Assembly: GCA_964424195.1 (NCBI GenBank)
Contig: CAYRHT010000003.1
Span: 112,396-176,395 of the forward strand
Source: an uncultured Gammaproteobacteria bacterium
GTDB lineage: Bacteria > Patescibacteriota > Patescibacteriia > UBA1558 > S5-K13
Reading direction: 5' to 3'
Length of the DNA stretch: 64,000 nt
Part shown: in pieces, positions 49,594-59,253 of the stretch
How positions within the stretch are numbered: position 1 is the first letter of the stretch
How the letters are laid out: each line of letters starts with the position of its first letter
Notes under the pieces: model-generated
Told to the model about the DNA's origin: nothing
Seen by the model: only the letters and a program-made list of their open reading frames with translations
The model's database searches: none
Translations under genes and position numbers: made by a program

Positions 49594-50394
49594 ATGAAAA
49601 AAATCATGAGTTTAATTGTGGTAATCTTAGTGATTACTGGAAGTTTGTTTGGTATTGCTAGTTTTGAGATTATGGAACAAGATATTGTTCCCCTTATTCA
49701 AAACGGTGTAGATGGACCAATAGTAAGTATTGAAATTAATGGTCTTGTTCAAAGTAGATGCAGTATTTTTTCAGTTGATACTTCGGAAACTTCACCTAGT
49801 CATACAGCTACAATCTATTTTGAAAACTTACGATGGGTAGAAGAGTCGACAGGTTGGGAATCAAGCACAATTGTTAATTCTTACGGAGAAATAATTGTCC
49901 CGGCTTGGATGTATTGTTTTAATAATGAAACAAAAATCTATACGCTGTGGGGGAAGATTTTTCTGGAATGTCTTGAGAATGAAGGTCAATTTGAAATTGC
50001 TTGGCCTTCAGCAGACTTTTTATGGATTTCAGACAATACTGAGATTGAAGACAATTTTCCACAGTACAAAAGTATTATGATTGTAGAAAATCTTGAGGCA
50101 GACGAAGTCTTACCGATTGTTCAATTTAATTTGAAAAATTATCCAAATCCTTTTAACCCCTCTACAACAATTTCTTTTACACTAACTCAAGAAAGTCCGG
50201 TGAAATTAGAAATCTACAATTCTAAAGGACAGAGAGTAAAAACTCTAATAAATCAGCAGATTGATGCTGGTTTACATGAAATAATTTGGTATGGAAAAGA
50301 CGAAAATGACAATCCTATAGCTTCTGGGATGTACTTTTACAAGCTCACTGTTAATAGTTTCACAAGAATCAAAAAAACAATGTTATTAAAGTAA
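49594..50394 (+). CDS. Secreted protein with T9SS (Por) C-terminal sorting domain
   Basis: Signal peptide. C-terminal NYPNPFNPSTTISFTL...IYNSKGQRV...SGMYFYKLT...KKTMLLK. Confidence 0.8.
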   Translation: MKKIMSLIVVILVITGSLFGIASFEIMEQDIVPLIQNGVDGPIVSIEINGLVQSRCSIFSVDTSETSPSHTATIYFENLRWVEESTGWESSTIVNSYGEIIVPAWMYCFNNETKIYTLWGKIFLECLENEGQFEIAWPSADFLWISDNTEIEDNFPQYKSIMIVENLEADEVLPIVQFNLKNYPNPFNPSTTISFTLTQESPVKLEIYNSKGQRVKTLINQQIDAGLHEIIWYGKDENDNPIASGMYFYKLTVNSFTRIKKTMLLK

Positions 50395-50545
50395 TTTAAT
50401 TAATACTTTACAATCTATAAGCCTGGAAAATTCTAGGCTTATTTTTTTATTCCTTAAATCATTAAAAAACTTGACAATATTTCATTTATGGTCTACTATA
50501 AAGAGTCAATTTAGAGTAATTTTGAATTGATATCAAAAACTAGAA

Positions 50546-52375
50546 ATGACTAAAAAAACAATCAAAAAAGTATTAATAATTATTATTACTATATTCATAA
50601 TTTATGGAATTTGGTTGGCTTTAGGACCTTTAAAACACATTTATGCTGCTAGTAAAAATATCCCTCCAGCAATTGAGAAAATAGAAGAATATATTGATAA
50701 TAATGATTATATCTCTGCTAATATCTATATTAATCAAACTAGAGATAATATTGTAGTTATTAGAGATAACTTAAAATATGTTGGGTTTATAAAACTTATT
50801 CCTTTTTTAGGAGATAAATTAAGTAAAACTGAAGTAATTTTAGATGATGCTCAATTAATTTGTCTTAATTCTAGTAAGATTATTGAATCTTTAGCTGAAT
50901 TAGGTGAAGTTAATAAATATACTTTGATATCTAATCTAAGTAATTATCCAAATGAAATTCAAGATTTAATTAAGAATTTAGATTCTTTAATGAATAATGT
51001 AGATTTATTATCCAATATATTTAAAATCAGTGATAATAAAGCAATTGATAGTGTTTCTTTTGTATCAAAGTTATTAAAAATAATTCAACCCCTAGAAAAT
51101 CATTTGTTTGAAATTCTAGCTTATGGTGAAGAACAAAGATATCTATTATTATTTCAAAATAATACTGAGCTTCGACCAACTGGTGGATTCATTGGAACTT
51201 ATGGAATCTTAGAAATTAAAGATGGTCAAATGAAGAATCTATTCATTGATGATATCTATCATTTAGATTCTAAAGTAATTGGAGAATTAAATAATGAAGT
51301 TCCAGCTCCTTTAAAAAAGTATTTAAAAATGAAAGAATGGTATTTACGAGATTGTAATTGGAATCCTAATTTTCCTTCTACAGCTCAAGATTGTTTAAAT
51401 CTTTATGAAATAGAAAGTGAAGATGAAAAAGAAATAAATGGAATTATAACTCTAACTCCTAATGTAATTGCTGATCTATTTGAAATAATTGGAGCTCAAG
51501 AAGTAGGCGGAGTATTATTTGAAAGTGATAATTTTATCAGCGATTTACAAAAAGCTGTTGAACTTTATTACCAAGAAAGAGGAGCTACTCACTGGGAAAG
51601 AAAAGATATTATATCTGCTTTAGCTAATGTAATTATAGATCGTTTTCAATATTTAGAATTAGGTGATTATCAAGAAGTTCTTGATCTTTTAATTAAGAGT
51701 TTAGAAAGAAAAGATATTTTGGTATATAGTAAGAATCAGAATCTCCAAGAAACTTTAAGTGAAGTAAATTGGAGCGGAGAAATATTAAATGTAGACCATG
51801 ATTATTTAATGGTAGTGGATAGTAATTTAGCTAGTTTTAAATCAGATCAATATTTAGATAGAAGTGTTCATTATCAATTAGAAAAGAATACTGAAGATGA
51901 ATTAATTGTTAATTTAAAATTAGAGTATCAGCATAATGGTGATTTCTCTTGGAACTCAACTAGATACCGAACTTATACTAGAATCTTAGTTCCTCAAGGC
52001 TCAGAATTAATTGAAGTCAAAGGAGCTATGGATAATGATCGGAGTGATAAAAAGGGTGAAGTAGACACATATAATGAACATGGTAAAACAATATTTGGTA
52101 CTTTCTTAGCTATTGAACCTGGACAAAGTAATTCTTTAAGTTTTAAATACAAATTACCTGATTATTTAAAGAAACAAATTGAAGAAAAAAAGTATAATCT
52201 ATATCTTCAAAAACAAGCTGGTGTGAGTAATATTCAATATTTAGTAGATATTAACTTAAAAGAAGATTTTAGTAATTATCAGGTAAATATAGATGAGATT
52301 GTTGAAAATAATCTATCTAGTTTTAAAGGGAAATTTAAATTAAATAAAGATAAATTAATAAATATAAATTGGTAA
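50546..52375 (+). CDS. DUF4012-like membrane-anchored protein
   Basis: N-terminal TM helix. Conserved LLLFQNNTELRPTGGFIGTYG motif as in DUF4012 proteins of cell-wall polymer loci. Promoter TTGACA-N17-TACTAT at 50473-50501. Confidence 0.5.
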   Translation: MTKKTIKKVLIIIITIFIIYGIWLALGPLKHIYAASKNIPPAIEKIEEYIDNNDYISANIYINQTRDNIVVIRDNLKYVGFIKLIPFLGDKLSKTEVILDDAQLICLNSSKIIESLAELGEVNKYTLISNLSNYPNEIQDLIKNLDSLMNNVDLLSNIFKISDNKAIDSVSFVSKLLKIIQPLENHLFEILAYGEEQRYLLLFQNNTELRPTGGFIGTYGILEIKDGQMKNLFIDDIYHLDSKVIGELNNEVPAPLKKYLKMKEWYLRDCNWNPNFPSTAQDCLNLYEIESEDEKEINGIITLTPNVIADLFEIIGAQEVGGVLFESDNFISDLQKAVELYYQERGATHWERKDIISALANVIIDRFQYLELGDYQEVLDLLIKSLERKDILVYSKNQNLQETLSEVNWSGEILNVDHDYLMVVDSNLASFKSDQYLDRSVHYQLEKNTEDELIVNLKLEYQHNGDFSWNSTRYRTYTRILVPQGSELIEVKGAMDNDRSDKKGEVDTYNEHGKTIFGTFLAIEPGQSNSLSFKYKLPDYLKKQIEEKKYNLYLQKQAGVSNIQYLVDINLKEDFSNYQVNIDEIVENNLSSFKGKFKLNKDKLININW

Positions 52376-52379
52376 ATAT

Positions 52380-53297
52380 ATGATTGATAATGGAATGACG
52401 AAAACTGAAAATATAATTGATGATTTAGTAAAGAATAAATTATTTGTTTTGCTAACTATTTTTCTATTCGTTTTAATAGCTAGTATTCTAACTAGTTTTC
52501 AAAAGAAAGAATACTCATCAACAGCTAAGATTCTAATTATTCAAGAGCAAGAACATAAGATGGATGCCTATTTAGCATCTAAATCTTCTGAATCTCTAGC
52601 TAAAAACCTAAAGAAAGCTATCTCTACATCTTCTTTTAGGAATAAAGTTCTGGAAGATCTATCTGATGTTGAAATAGGTGTTTTTCAAAATGAGAAAAAG
52701 AGAAGAAAAGAATGGTTAAAAATGGTTAACATTAAAACTATTCCTAATACTTCTATTCTAGAAATTACTAGCTATCATAAAGTAGCTTTTCAATCAGAAA
52801 AGATTTTGAATAAAGTTTTAAATACCTTATTAGAAAATCATCAACTCTATCATGGTGGAGATACTGGAGTAAGATTAGAAATTATTGATAATCCTTTAAC
52901 ATCTCTACGACCTACTAGACCAAATTGGGCTTTAAACTTATCCCTTAGTTTTGTTTTAGGAATATTCTTCGTTATTACTCTCTTAGTTCTATTCCCAAAC
53001 AAGATTAATTTACTTGATGCTAAATTAAGAAAAAAGCCAACTCAGAAGAATAAGGATATTAATGAGAAGAAAGGTAATTTTAAAGTATTTGATTATTTAG
53101 AAGGTTCTTCAAATAAACAAACTGATTTACCAGATGATTTATTTGAAGAGGATGAAGAATCAGAAGAAGAAAGCTTTTTTGAAAAAGAAGAAGGTCTTTT
53201 TAATTCTCAAGGAGAAGAGGATAATATTATTGAAGTTGAGAATAATAAAGAAATTAAAGAGATTATTGGTAATAATCATTATTTAAAAAGAAAATAA
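52380..53297 (+). CDS. Polysaccharide co-polymerase / chain-length determinant (Wzz/CpsC-like) with acidic tail
   Basis: Two TM helices flank a periplasmic-type domain. N-terminal KKEYSSTAKILI resembles the Wzz motif. D/E-rich C-terminus. Confidence 0.55.
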   Translation: MIDNGMTKTENIIDDLVKNKLFVLLTIFLFVLIASILTSFQKKEYSSTAKILIIQEQEHKMDAYLASKSSESLAKNLKKAISTSSFRNKVLEDLSDVEIGVFQNEKKRRKEWLKMVNIKTIPNTSILEITSYHKVAFQSEKILNKVLNTLLENHQLYHGGDTGVRLEIIDNPLTSLRPTRPNWALNLSLSFVLGIFFVITLLVLFPNKINLLDAKLRKKPTQKNKDINEKKGNFKVFDYLEGSSNKQTDLPDDLFEEDEESEEESFFEKEEGLFNSQGEEDNIIEVENNKEIKEIIGNNHYLKRK

Positions 53298-53417
53298 TTT
53301 AGATTTAAGCTCTAAATCTTAGGCTTTAAGTATTTTACTTATAGTCTACAATTTATAGCTTATGGCTATACGAGTATAAATGCACATTGATAATTAAATA
53401 AAAAAATAAATCGAGCT

Positions 53418-55133
53418 ATGCTCGAAGGAGGAATTGTGAAAAAGTTAGTATTAGTTATGGTAATCTTGTTATTTACTCTGATTATTCAGGCAGAATGGAT
53501 ACGAGAAGACACAGTGTTGGGATCAAAACTTCAGAACAAAGATTTACAAGGAGATTATTTCAAAGTAATGAAGTCTGATGAAAATGTAGTTGGTTTAAAA
53601 AAAAGCTTAGAATTAAAATTTGGTCCTATAACTGCTGATTCTCTAATGTTTGTATTTGAACACGGAGAAGTTGAAGCTGTTAGATTTTCGGAAAAGAAAA
53701 ATTCTATCACACCTAATATGCGTTTGGGATTGTTTATTTTTGGAGGAGATTCTTCTCCAAAAGTTAAGATTAGCCGTTCAGCTGCTCTTTATATGGAAAA
53801 TATGGAACATGTCGATGAGCCTGGAGTTAAGTTCTATGCTTCTTGTTTAAGATGGAGCTGGATAGTAACACTAGAGGCTTTAGAAGAGATTTATGAAACT
53901 GATCCAGTGATTAAGAAAAGACTAACAAGATGGGACTTGGAAGAAAATGGAGAAATTAAACTTACTGTTAATTATTTTCAGGATGGTTTAGATGGTAAAG
54001 ATCTGTGTAACAATGTTTATTCTGGTTTTGATCAAGTTATACCTCATCTAGTACCTTATCCGGTCCCCGGACCCTCTCCTGATCCAGAAATTATTTACAA
54101 AGATCGTATTATCTATATTGAAATCCCACCAAAAGAAAAGAAATGTCCAGGAGCAAGAACTTTTTGGTCCGGTTATACTTCGTTTAGTAAAACATGGATG
54201 AGAAAGGGAATTGAAGATGGTTCCAATGAAAGCATTCTTTTTGATGCCAAATGGGACGATAAACAATCAGATGATGAAATCTTAAATCTCAAGATAGCCA
54301 GAGGCTATTATGAAAATCGTTGGTTCTTAGAAGCAGAAGGTCAATTAATTGATCGAGTGTTTAATGGAAATTTCCATAGTGGATTTGAAACTGTCTTTAA
54401 GAAAAGATTACATTGGCACTTTGGAGCTTGTAGTCAACAAAGAAGATTTAGTTTCTATCTAGCTGGTGAGAATCAAGGCAATACAACTTATTACTATCAA
54501 AAGAAACCATGGGTTTCTTATTATGTTGGTTTCTTTAGTCAAATTGACTTCTGGTTTGGAGTAAGAAAATCTCAATTCCAAAAACAATTGGAAGCAATGA
54601 ACATATTTTTGCCTATTAGAAAAAAGTATCAAAGCTTTATTTCTTTATATGCAGAAGTAAATAGTGAACCCTGGAAAGTTTGGGAAGAAGCTCAATTAAC
54701 TAAATGGCTTGTTAAATTCGAAGGTAAAATCAAACCAAAACCTCTGTATTCTTATTTTAATATAGAGTACAAGGAGTTCTCTAGAGAGGAGATCATTTTG
54801 GAAGGTAGTATTCTTGATAAACCTAAAGAAAAAAGTCTCTATACTCATCTCAGACTCGGTGTTAGTTTAAGAGACAATCTAAGCATCTTTGGACTAGGAC
54901 AGTATATCAATTATGACATTTCTAAATCTAATGATATTACTGATTCTAACTTTCAAATTGCTGATGGTGGTATTGGTGTTGAATGGGAAATTCCTGGTTT
55001 TGAAATAACAGGTATCGTTACCTATCGAGAAACTTGTGAAAGATTGGATATCGGGAAACCTTGGGGTAAAGAACTTCATAACGAAGGTATTAACTTTCTG
55101 ATTAAAGTCGTTAAATTGGAGGTGAGATTATGA
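53418..55133 (+). CDS. Secreted protein with a beta-barrel-like C-terminal half. Start may be the GTG at 53436.
   Basis: Signal peptide KKLVLVMVILLFTLIIQA. AAGGAGG RBS at 53425-53431 favours the GTG at 53436. The C-terminal region has alternating hydrophobic beta-strand patterns. Confidence 0.5.
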   Translation: MLEGGIVKKLVLVMVILLFTLIIQAEWIREDTVLGSKLQNKDLQGDYFKVMKSDENVVGLKKSLELKFGPITADSLMFVFEHGEVEAVRFSEKKNSITPNMRLGLFIFGGDSSPKVKISRSAALYMENMEHVDEPGVKFYASCLRWSWIVTLEALEEIYETDPVIKKRLTRWDLEENGEIKLTVNYFQDGLDGKDLCNNVYSGFDQVIPHLVPYPVPGPSPDPEIIYKDRIIYIEIPPKEKKCPGARTFWSGYTSFSKTWMRKGIEDGSNESILFDAKWDDKQSDDEILNLKIARGYYENRWFLEAEGQLIDRVFNGNFHSGFETVFKKRLHWHFGACSQQRRFSFYLAGENQGNTTYYYQKKPWVSYYVGFFSQIDFWFGVRKSQFQKQLEAMNIFLPIRKKYQSFISLYAEVNSEPWKVWEEAQLTKWLVKFEGKIKPKPLYSYFNIEYKEFSREEIILEGSILDKPKEKSLYTHLRLGVSLRDNLSIFGLGQYINYDISKSNDITDSNFQIADGGIGVEWEIPGFEITGIVTYRETCERLDIGKPWGKELHNEGINFLIKVVKLEVRL

Positions 55134-55918
55134 AAAGATACTTATTTCTTATCCTCCTAATCTTCACTTTATTAGCTTGCGAGGATGGAAATGTCTTTCG
55201 GATTAGGCTCAATTCATTTATTTTAAGGATAAAAGAGTTACCTGATAAGAATATAATTCTGCGGGGTAGTTTAGTCAATGGTTATGACTTACCTTGGGAT
55301 TATGAACAAATCGTATCTGGAACAGAGGTAGAAATACCTTTAGATTCCATTTTGACCGATGCTGGAGAATTTTACTTAGAAATGATTACTATCGAAGAAA
55401 CAACTCCAGATTCTCTTTACAGTATACCAATCAGTGCTTTAGTTGGAATTGAAAATACTATAATGGGAAGTAATTATGTTATTGATGGTTTGCAAACCGC
55501 TAATGAAATGTTCTATTTCCCAGACGGAGATTCAATTTCTATTCCTAGGAATTATCAGTGGAAAATTTCCTTTGATCCGGAAGATAGTCCGCCAATTGAT
55601 TGGCAAAGCACAGAAATAATCTCAGTCATAATAAAGATTCCAGATTCTCCAGATTATTTTGCAGAGAGATATTGGATTGTTTATCACACTGGAAGTGCTT
55701 TTAAAAAGTCTATTTTTAAATCCAGAGAAATAAATCTCTGGATTCCTGAAACAAGCTTGTATGCACTTCAAATATTTGATCAAGATTGGAAAAAAGTTAA
55801 AAGTATTGAGGTAAGAACAACTCTTAATACTCTAATCCTAGATAAACCTCGTCTTATTGATGGAAATTATGTTTTCATTTTTGAATTAGATGATGGCTAT
55901 CTAACAAAAATAAACTAA
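55130..55918 (+). CDS. Lipoprotein
   Basis: Signal peptide with LLAC lipobox. ATGA overlap with the upstream gene. Confidence 0.6.
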   Translation: MKRYLFLILLIFTLLACEDGNVFRIRLNSFILRIKELPDKNIILRGSLVNGYDLPWDYEQIVSGTEVEIPLDSILTDAGEFYLEMITIEETTPDSLYSIPISALVGIENTIMGSNYVIDGLQTANEMFYFPDGDSISIPRNYQWKISFDPEDSPPIDWQSTEIISVIIKIPDSPDYFAERYWIVYHTGSAFKKSIFKSREINLWIPETSLYALQIFDQDWKKVKSIEVRTTLNTLILDKPRLIDGNYVFIFELDDGYLTKIN

Positions 55919-55931
55919 AAAAGGAGGAAAA

Positions 55932-56507
55932 ATGAAAAACATTTTTCTATTTATCGTAGCATTATCTATTATGGTAATGTTGATGTCTGGATGCAGCTCA
56001 AATACTTTGCATCCGGCAGCTAATTATGCAGAGCAAGTTGGAAAACCGGTTGATAAAATCGTAGAAGGAAGATTTAAAGTTTATCCTATTTACGAATTGA
56101 ATGATAAAGGTGAAAATATTCTAACAGAATCTTCATTAGTAGAATATTACATTCCTCATGGTCCTGCATTTCATGCTTTCATTGATAATGAAGAATTTCC
56201 GGAAAAAAGTTTGGAAGAGATAGAATATATTCTTTTAAAAGGAAAAACTTATTTTGTACCGGAAAAATCGTCTGATGGAATTTTAGCAAAGTATAATCAA
56301 AAAAATCGTAAGATTATAGCTGAAGTACCAAATAAATTGGTCGAGGGAAATTTTAGAGCCGTTTATTCTAAGAAAAATGGTGAAGATGGAACTGATGCTG
56401 TATTTACCCATGTCTGGGATTCTCCTGCTGCTTATATCAAAGGAGATATTTACAAGTTCTTGGCAGAATGGAAAAACAATCAATATATTCCCAGAGGCAC
56501 GCCTTAA
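55932..56507 (+). CDS. Lipoprotein
   Basis: Signal peptide with LMSGC lipobox. GGAGG RBS. Confidence 0.6.
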   Translation: MKNIFLFIVALSIMVMLMSGCSSNTLHPAANYAEQVGKPVDKIVEGRFKVYPIYELNDKGENILTESSLVEYYIPHGPAFHAFIDNEEFPEKSLEEIEYILLKGKTYFVPEKSSDGILAKYNQKNRKIIAEVPNKLVEGNFRAVYSKKNGEDGTDAVFTHVWDSPAAYIKGDIYKFLAEWKNNQYIPRGTP

Positions 56508-56536
56508 AAAGTGCCTTATGGAATAAGAAAATCAAA

Positions 56537-56564
56537 AAGGGATTCTTAATTGAATCCCTTTTTT
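56537..56564. terminator. Bidirectional intrinsic terminator between convergent genes
   Basis: AAGGGATTC / GAATCCCTT 9-bp stem. An A-run upstream and a T-run downstream. Confidence 0.7.
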
Positions 56565-56578
56565 CATATCTAAAAGTG

Positions 56579-57922
56579 TTATTCAGCTAGTAAATAGGCG
56601 ATATATGTCCATAGAACCCATTGTAAGCCCGTAGAGAGCATAATATTATCTACTAAGCTTATTAAATAGATAATTATAATTCCAATAAAAGTAATTAAGT
56701 ACCTTTTATCCTTTGATTTAATAAACTTTCTGAGAATATTCTTAAGAGTTTGATAGATGAGATTGAGGTAAAGTAATAGACCAAGGAATCCTAATTCAAT
56801 AACTATTTTTAAATAGTCATTATGAGCATAAAGACTTTCTGTAACATCAGATACTTGTTTATTCCTTAAAAAACGATAAGTATCTAATCCAAAACCAATA
56901 ACTGGAGCTTGATAGACATATTCTGTCATTTCCGTCCAAGTTTTAATTCTCCATTCCCAAGAAGAAAGTAAATTAGAAGAAGTAGTAACTCTTCTTACTA
57001 AAGAAACAGTATTCCAATCAAAATATTTTAAGGCCGTATAATTATTTAAGATTAAAAAGATAAAGATCAAGCTAATTCCTAATATTGAATATTTAATTAA
57101 TCTCTTTCGTTCATAGATTATTAGAATAATTGCTATAAATAATATTAAACCTATCCAAGCACTTCTAGTTAAAGTAAATAATATCAAAGCCATTAGGATC
57201 ATTAAATACAAAAAGGTCTTCTTAGAATGCTTTTTAGAATTAAAATAAAGACCAGTAAAGATAAAGAAAATAAAGAATAAATTAAAAGCAAAACTATTAG
57301 GATGAAAGTATGTTCCATTGATTCTAAAAAAACCTTCAGCACCATGAAATCCCTTCTGAGTTATAACTTGATAAATACCTAAAATACAAGGAAGTAAATA
57401 GGATATAAAAAGAGCTTTGATAAAAAGGTCTTTCTTTCCTTTATTCTCTTGAAAATATATAAAAGCAATAATAAAGATGAAGAAAGTACTGATTAACCTC
57501 ATTAGAGTTTTAATACTACTAGCTTGATCAACAGAATAGATAATACTAATTGCTGAAAATGCTATAAATAATAACCAAGGGATTATTAAAGGAATTTTCT
57601 TCCAATCAATTCTTTTCCTAATTATAGTTATAATTCCAAAAAAGATAACTAAAACTCCTAATAAAGAAGAAAAATTTAAGGTAATAACATTAAAGAAATT
57701 TAAAAAAATACTTTCAGTATAAAGGTCTGTACTGTTTCTAATAATAATTAATATTAAAATAGTATAATAGGGAATTATTAGAAAGAGAGGAATAATCATT
57801 GTAATTAATAATACTCCAATAGCTGAGCTGGGAGTTAAATTATTAAAAACAATAAATAAAAGAGCTAAACTAAATAAAACTAGCTCAGAAATAAGAAATA
57901 ACTTTTTTTGTTTTGAAATCAT
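56579..57922 (-). CDS. O-antigen ligase/polymerase family membrane protein (Wzy_C / WaaL-like)
   Basis: About 12 TM helices. LTRSAWIGLILFIAI matches the O-antigen ligase domain motif. Confidence 0.7.
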   Translation of the reverse strand: MISKQKKLFLISELVLFSLALLFIVFNNLTPSSAIGVLLITMIIPLFLIIPYYTILILIIIRNSTDLYTESIFLNFFNVITLNFSSLLGVLVIFFGIITIIRKRIDWKKIPLIIPWLLFIAFSAISIIYSVDQASSIKTLMRLISTFFIFIIAFIYFQENKGKKDLFIKALFISYLLPCILGIYQVITQKGFHGAEGFFRINGTYFHPNSFAFNLFFIFFIFTGLYFNSKKHSKKTFLYLMILMALILFTLTRSAWIGLILFIAIILIIYERKRLIKYSILGISLIFIFLILNNYTALKYFDWNTVSLVRRVTTSSNLLSSWEWRIKTWTEMTEYVYQAPVIGFGLDTYRFLRNKQVSDVTESLYAHNDYLKIVIELGFLGLLLYLNLIYQTLKNILRKFIKSKDKRYLITFIGIIIIYLISLVDNIMLSTGLQWVLWTYIAYLLAE

Positions 57923-58031
57923 GTCTTTATCTTACTATTAAGATTAAAATTTGTCTATTTTTACTACCAATAAGTCTTTACTTTTCTAAGAAATATGTTA
58001 TAATCAAAAGTCATTAAATAGCATTAAATTA

Positions 58032-59249
58032 ATGAATATATTACAAATTAATAAATTCTATAATTTTCAAGGTGGTGCTGATAAGCATTTTATAGAATTA
58101 TCTCAACTTTTAGAAGCACATGGTCATCAGGTGCATCTTTTTAACACTCAAGATCAGAATACTCCGGATAATAACTATAGAAAGTATTGGCCTCCATACT
58201 TTGATTTATCAAAAAGTTCTCAGAATAAATTAATTAATATATTTAAAATTTTCTATAACTGGCAGGCTGTTCAAGGGTTAAAAAGATTATTAAAAGATCA
58301 TCGAATTGATATAGCTCATATTCATAATATCTATCATCACCTTAGTCCCGCTATTCTTAAAGTATTGAAAAAAAATAATATTCCAGTAGTGATGACAGCT
58401 CATGATTACAAATTGATTTGTCCAAATTATAATCTATTTAACTTTTCTGAGAATAAAATATGTGAAAAATGTAAGGCTAATAACTATTTCCAATGTACTA
58501 AAAATAAATGTATTCAGAATTCTAGATTTAAAAGCCTCTTAGGAACATTAGAAATGTATTGGCAAAGATTATTTTTCCCTTATCATAAATTAGTAAATAA
58601 ATTCATAGCTCCTAGTCAGTTTATGAAAGATAAGTTATTAGAGTTTAACTTCCCTAATTCAAATATAGAAGTGTTATACAACTTCAATAATCAAGAAATG
58701 AATTTTAGTACTTCAGATACTAAAGATTATTTTCTTTACTTCGGCAGACTATCTACTGAAAAGGGATTAAAAGAATTTATTCAAACTCTTTCTAAACTAA
58801 AAAAAGACTTCCTTTTCTACATCGCTGGTCAAGGACCAGCAGAGAAAGATTTAAAGAAGTTAGTAAAAGAATTATCTTTAGAAAACAAAGTTAAATTCTT
58901 GGGATATTTTAGTTCAGATAGAAAGCAAGAATTAGAAGAAATCATTCAACAAGCTAAATTCATTGTAGTTCCTAGTATTTGGTATGAAAATTGCAGTTTA
59001 AGTATTGTAGAATCTCTAGCTAGAGGAAAATTTGTTTTAGCTTCTAATCTAGGTGGAAATTCAGAGTTAATTAATAAAGAAAATGGTTGTTTGTATAATT
59101 TAAATAATGAGGCGGATTTACTTGACAAAATTAGTATTTTAATAGATAATAAAGGATCAAATTTAGAAATTAAAATCAAGACTCTGGAGAAGTTTGATTC
59201 AGAAAAATATTATCAAAAATTAATTAAAATATATCAAGATCTAGTTTAA
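58032..59249 (+). CDS. Glycosyltransferase family 4
   Basis: N-terminal FQGGADKH, C-terminal ENCSLSIVESLARGKFVLASNLGG. Extended -10 TGTTATAAT at 57985-57993. Confidence 0.85.
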   Translation: MNILQINKFYNFQGGADKHFIELSQLLEAHGHQVHLFNTQDQNTPDNNYRKYWPPYFDLSKSSQNKLINIFKIFYNWQAVQGLKRLLKDHRIDIAHIHNIYHHLSPAILKVLKKNNIPVVMTAHDYKLICPNYNLFNFSENKICEKCKANNYFQCTKNKCIQNSRFKSLLGTLEMYWQRLFFPYHKLVNKFIAPSQFMKDKLLEFNFPNSNIEVLYNFNNQEMNFSTSDTKDYFLYFGRLSTEKGLKEFIQTLSKLKKDFLFYIAGQGPAEKDLKKLVKELSLENKVKFLGYFSSDRKQELEEIIQQAKFIVVPSIWYENCSLSIVESLARGKFVLASNLGGNSELINKENGCLYNLNNEADLLDKISILIDNKGSNLEIKIKTLEKFDSEKYYQKLIKIYQDLV

Positions 59250-59253
59250 TTCT

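Noticed and set aside
47054-56570. Horizontally acquired island spanning the T9SS-CTD and envelope genes, based on composition
   Set aside because: Spot GC counts (about 32-35%) and the ccgg frequency are only marginally different from flanking genes. This is not enough to assert foreign origin without a proper compositional analysis.
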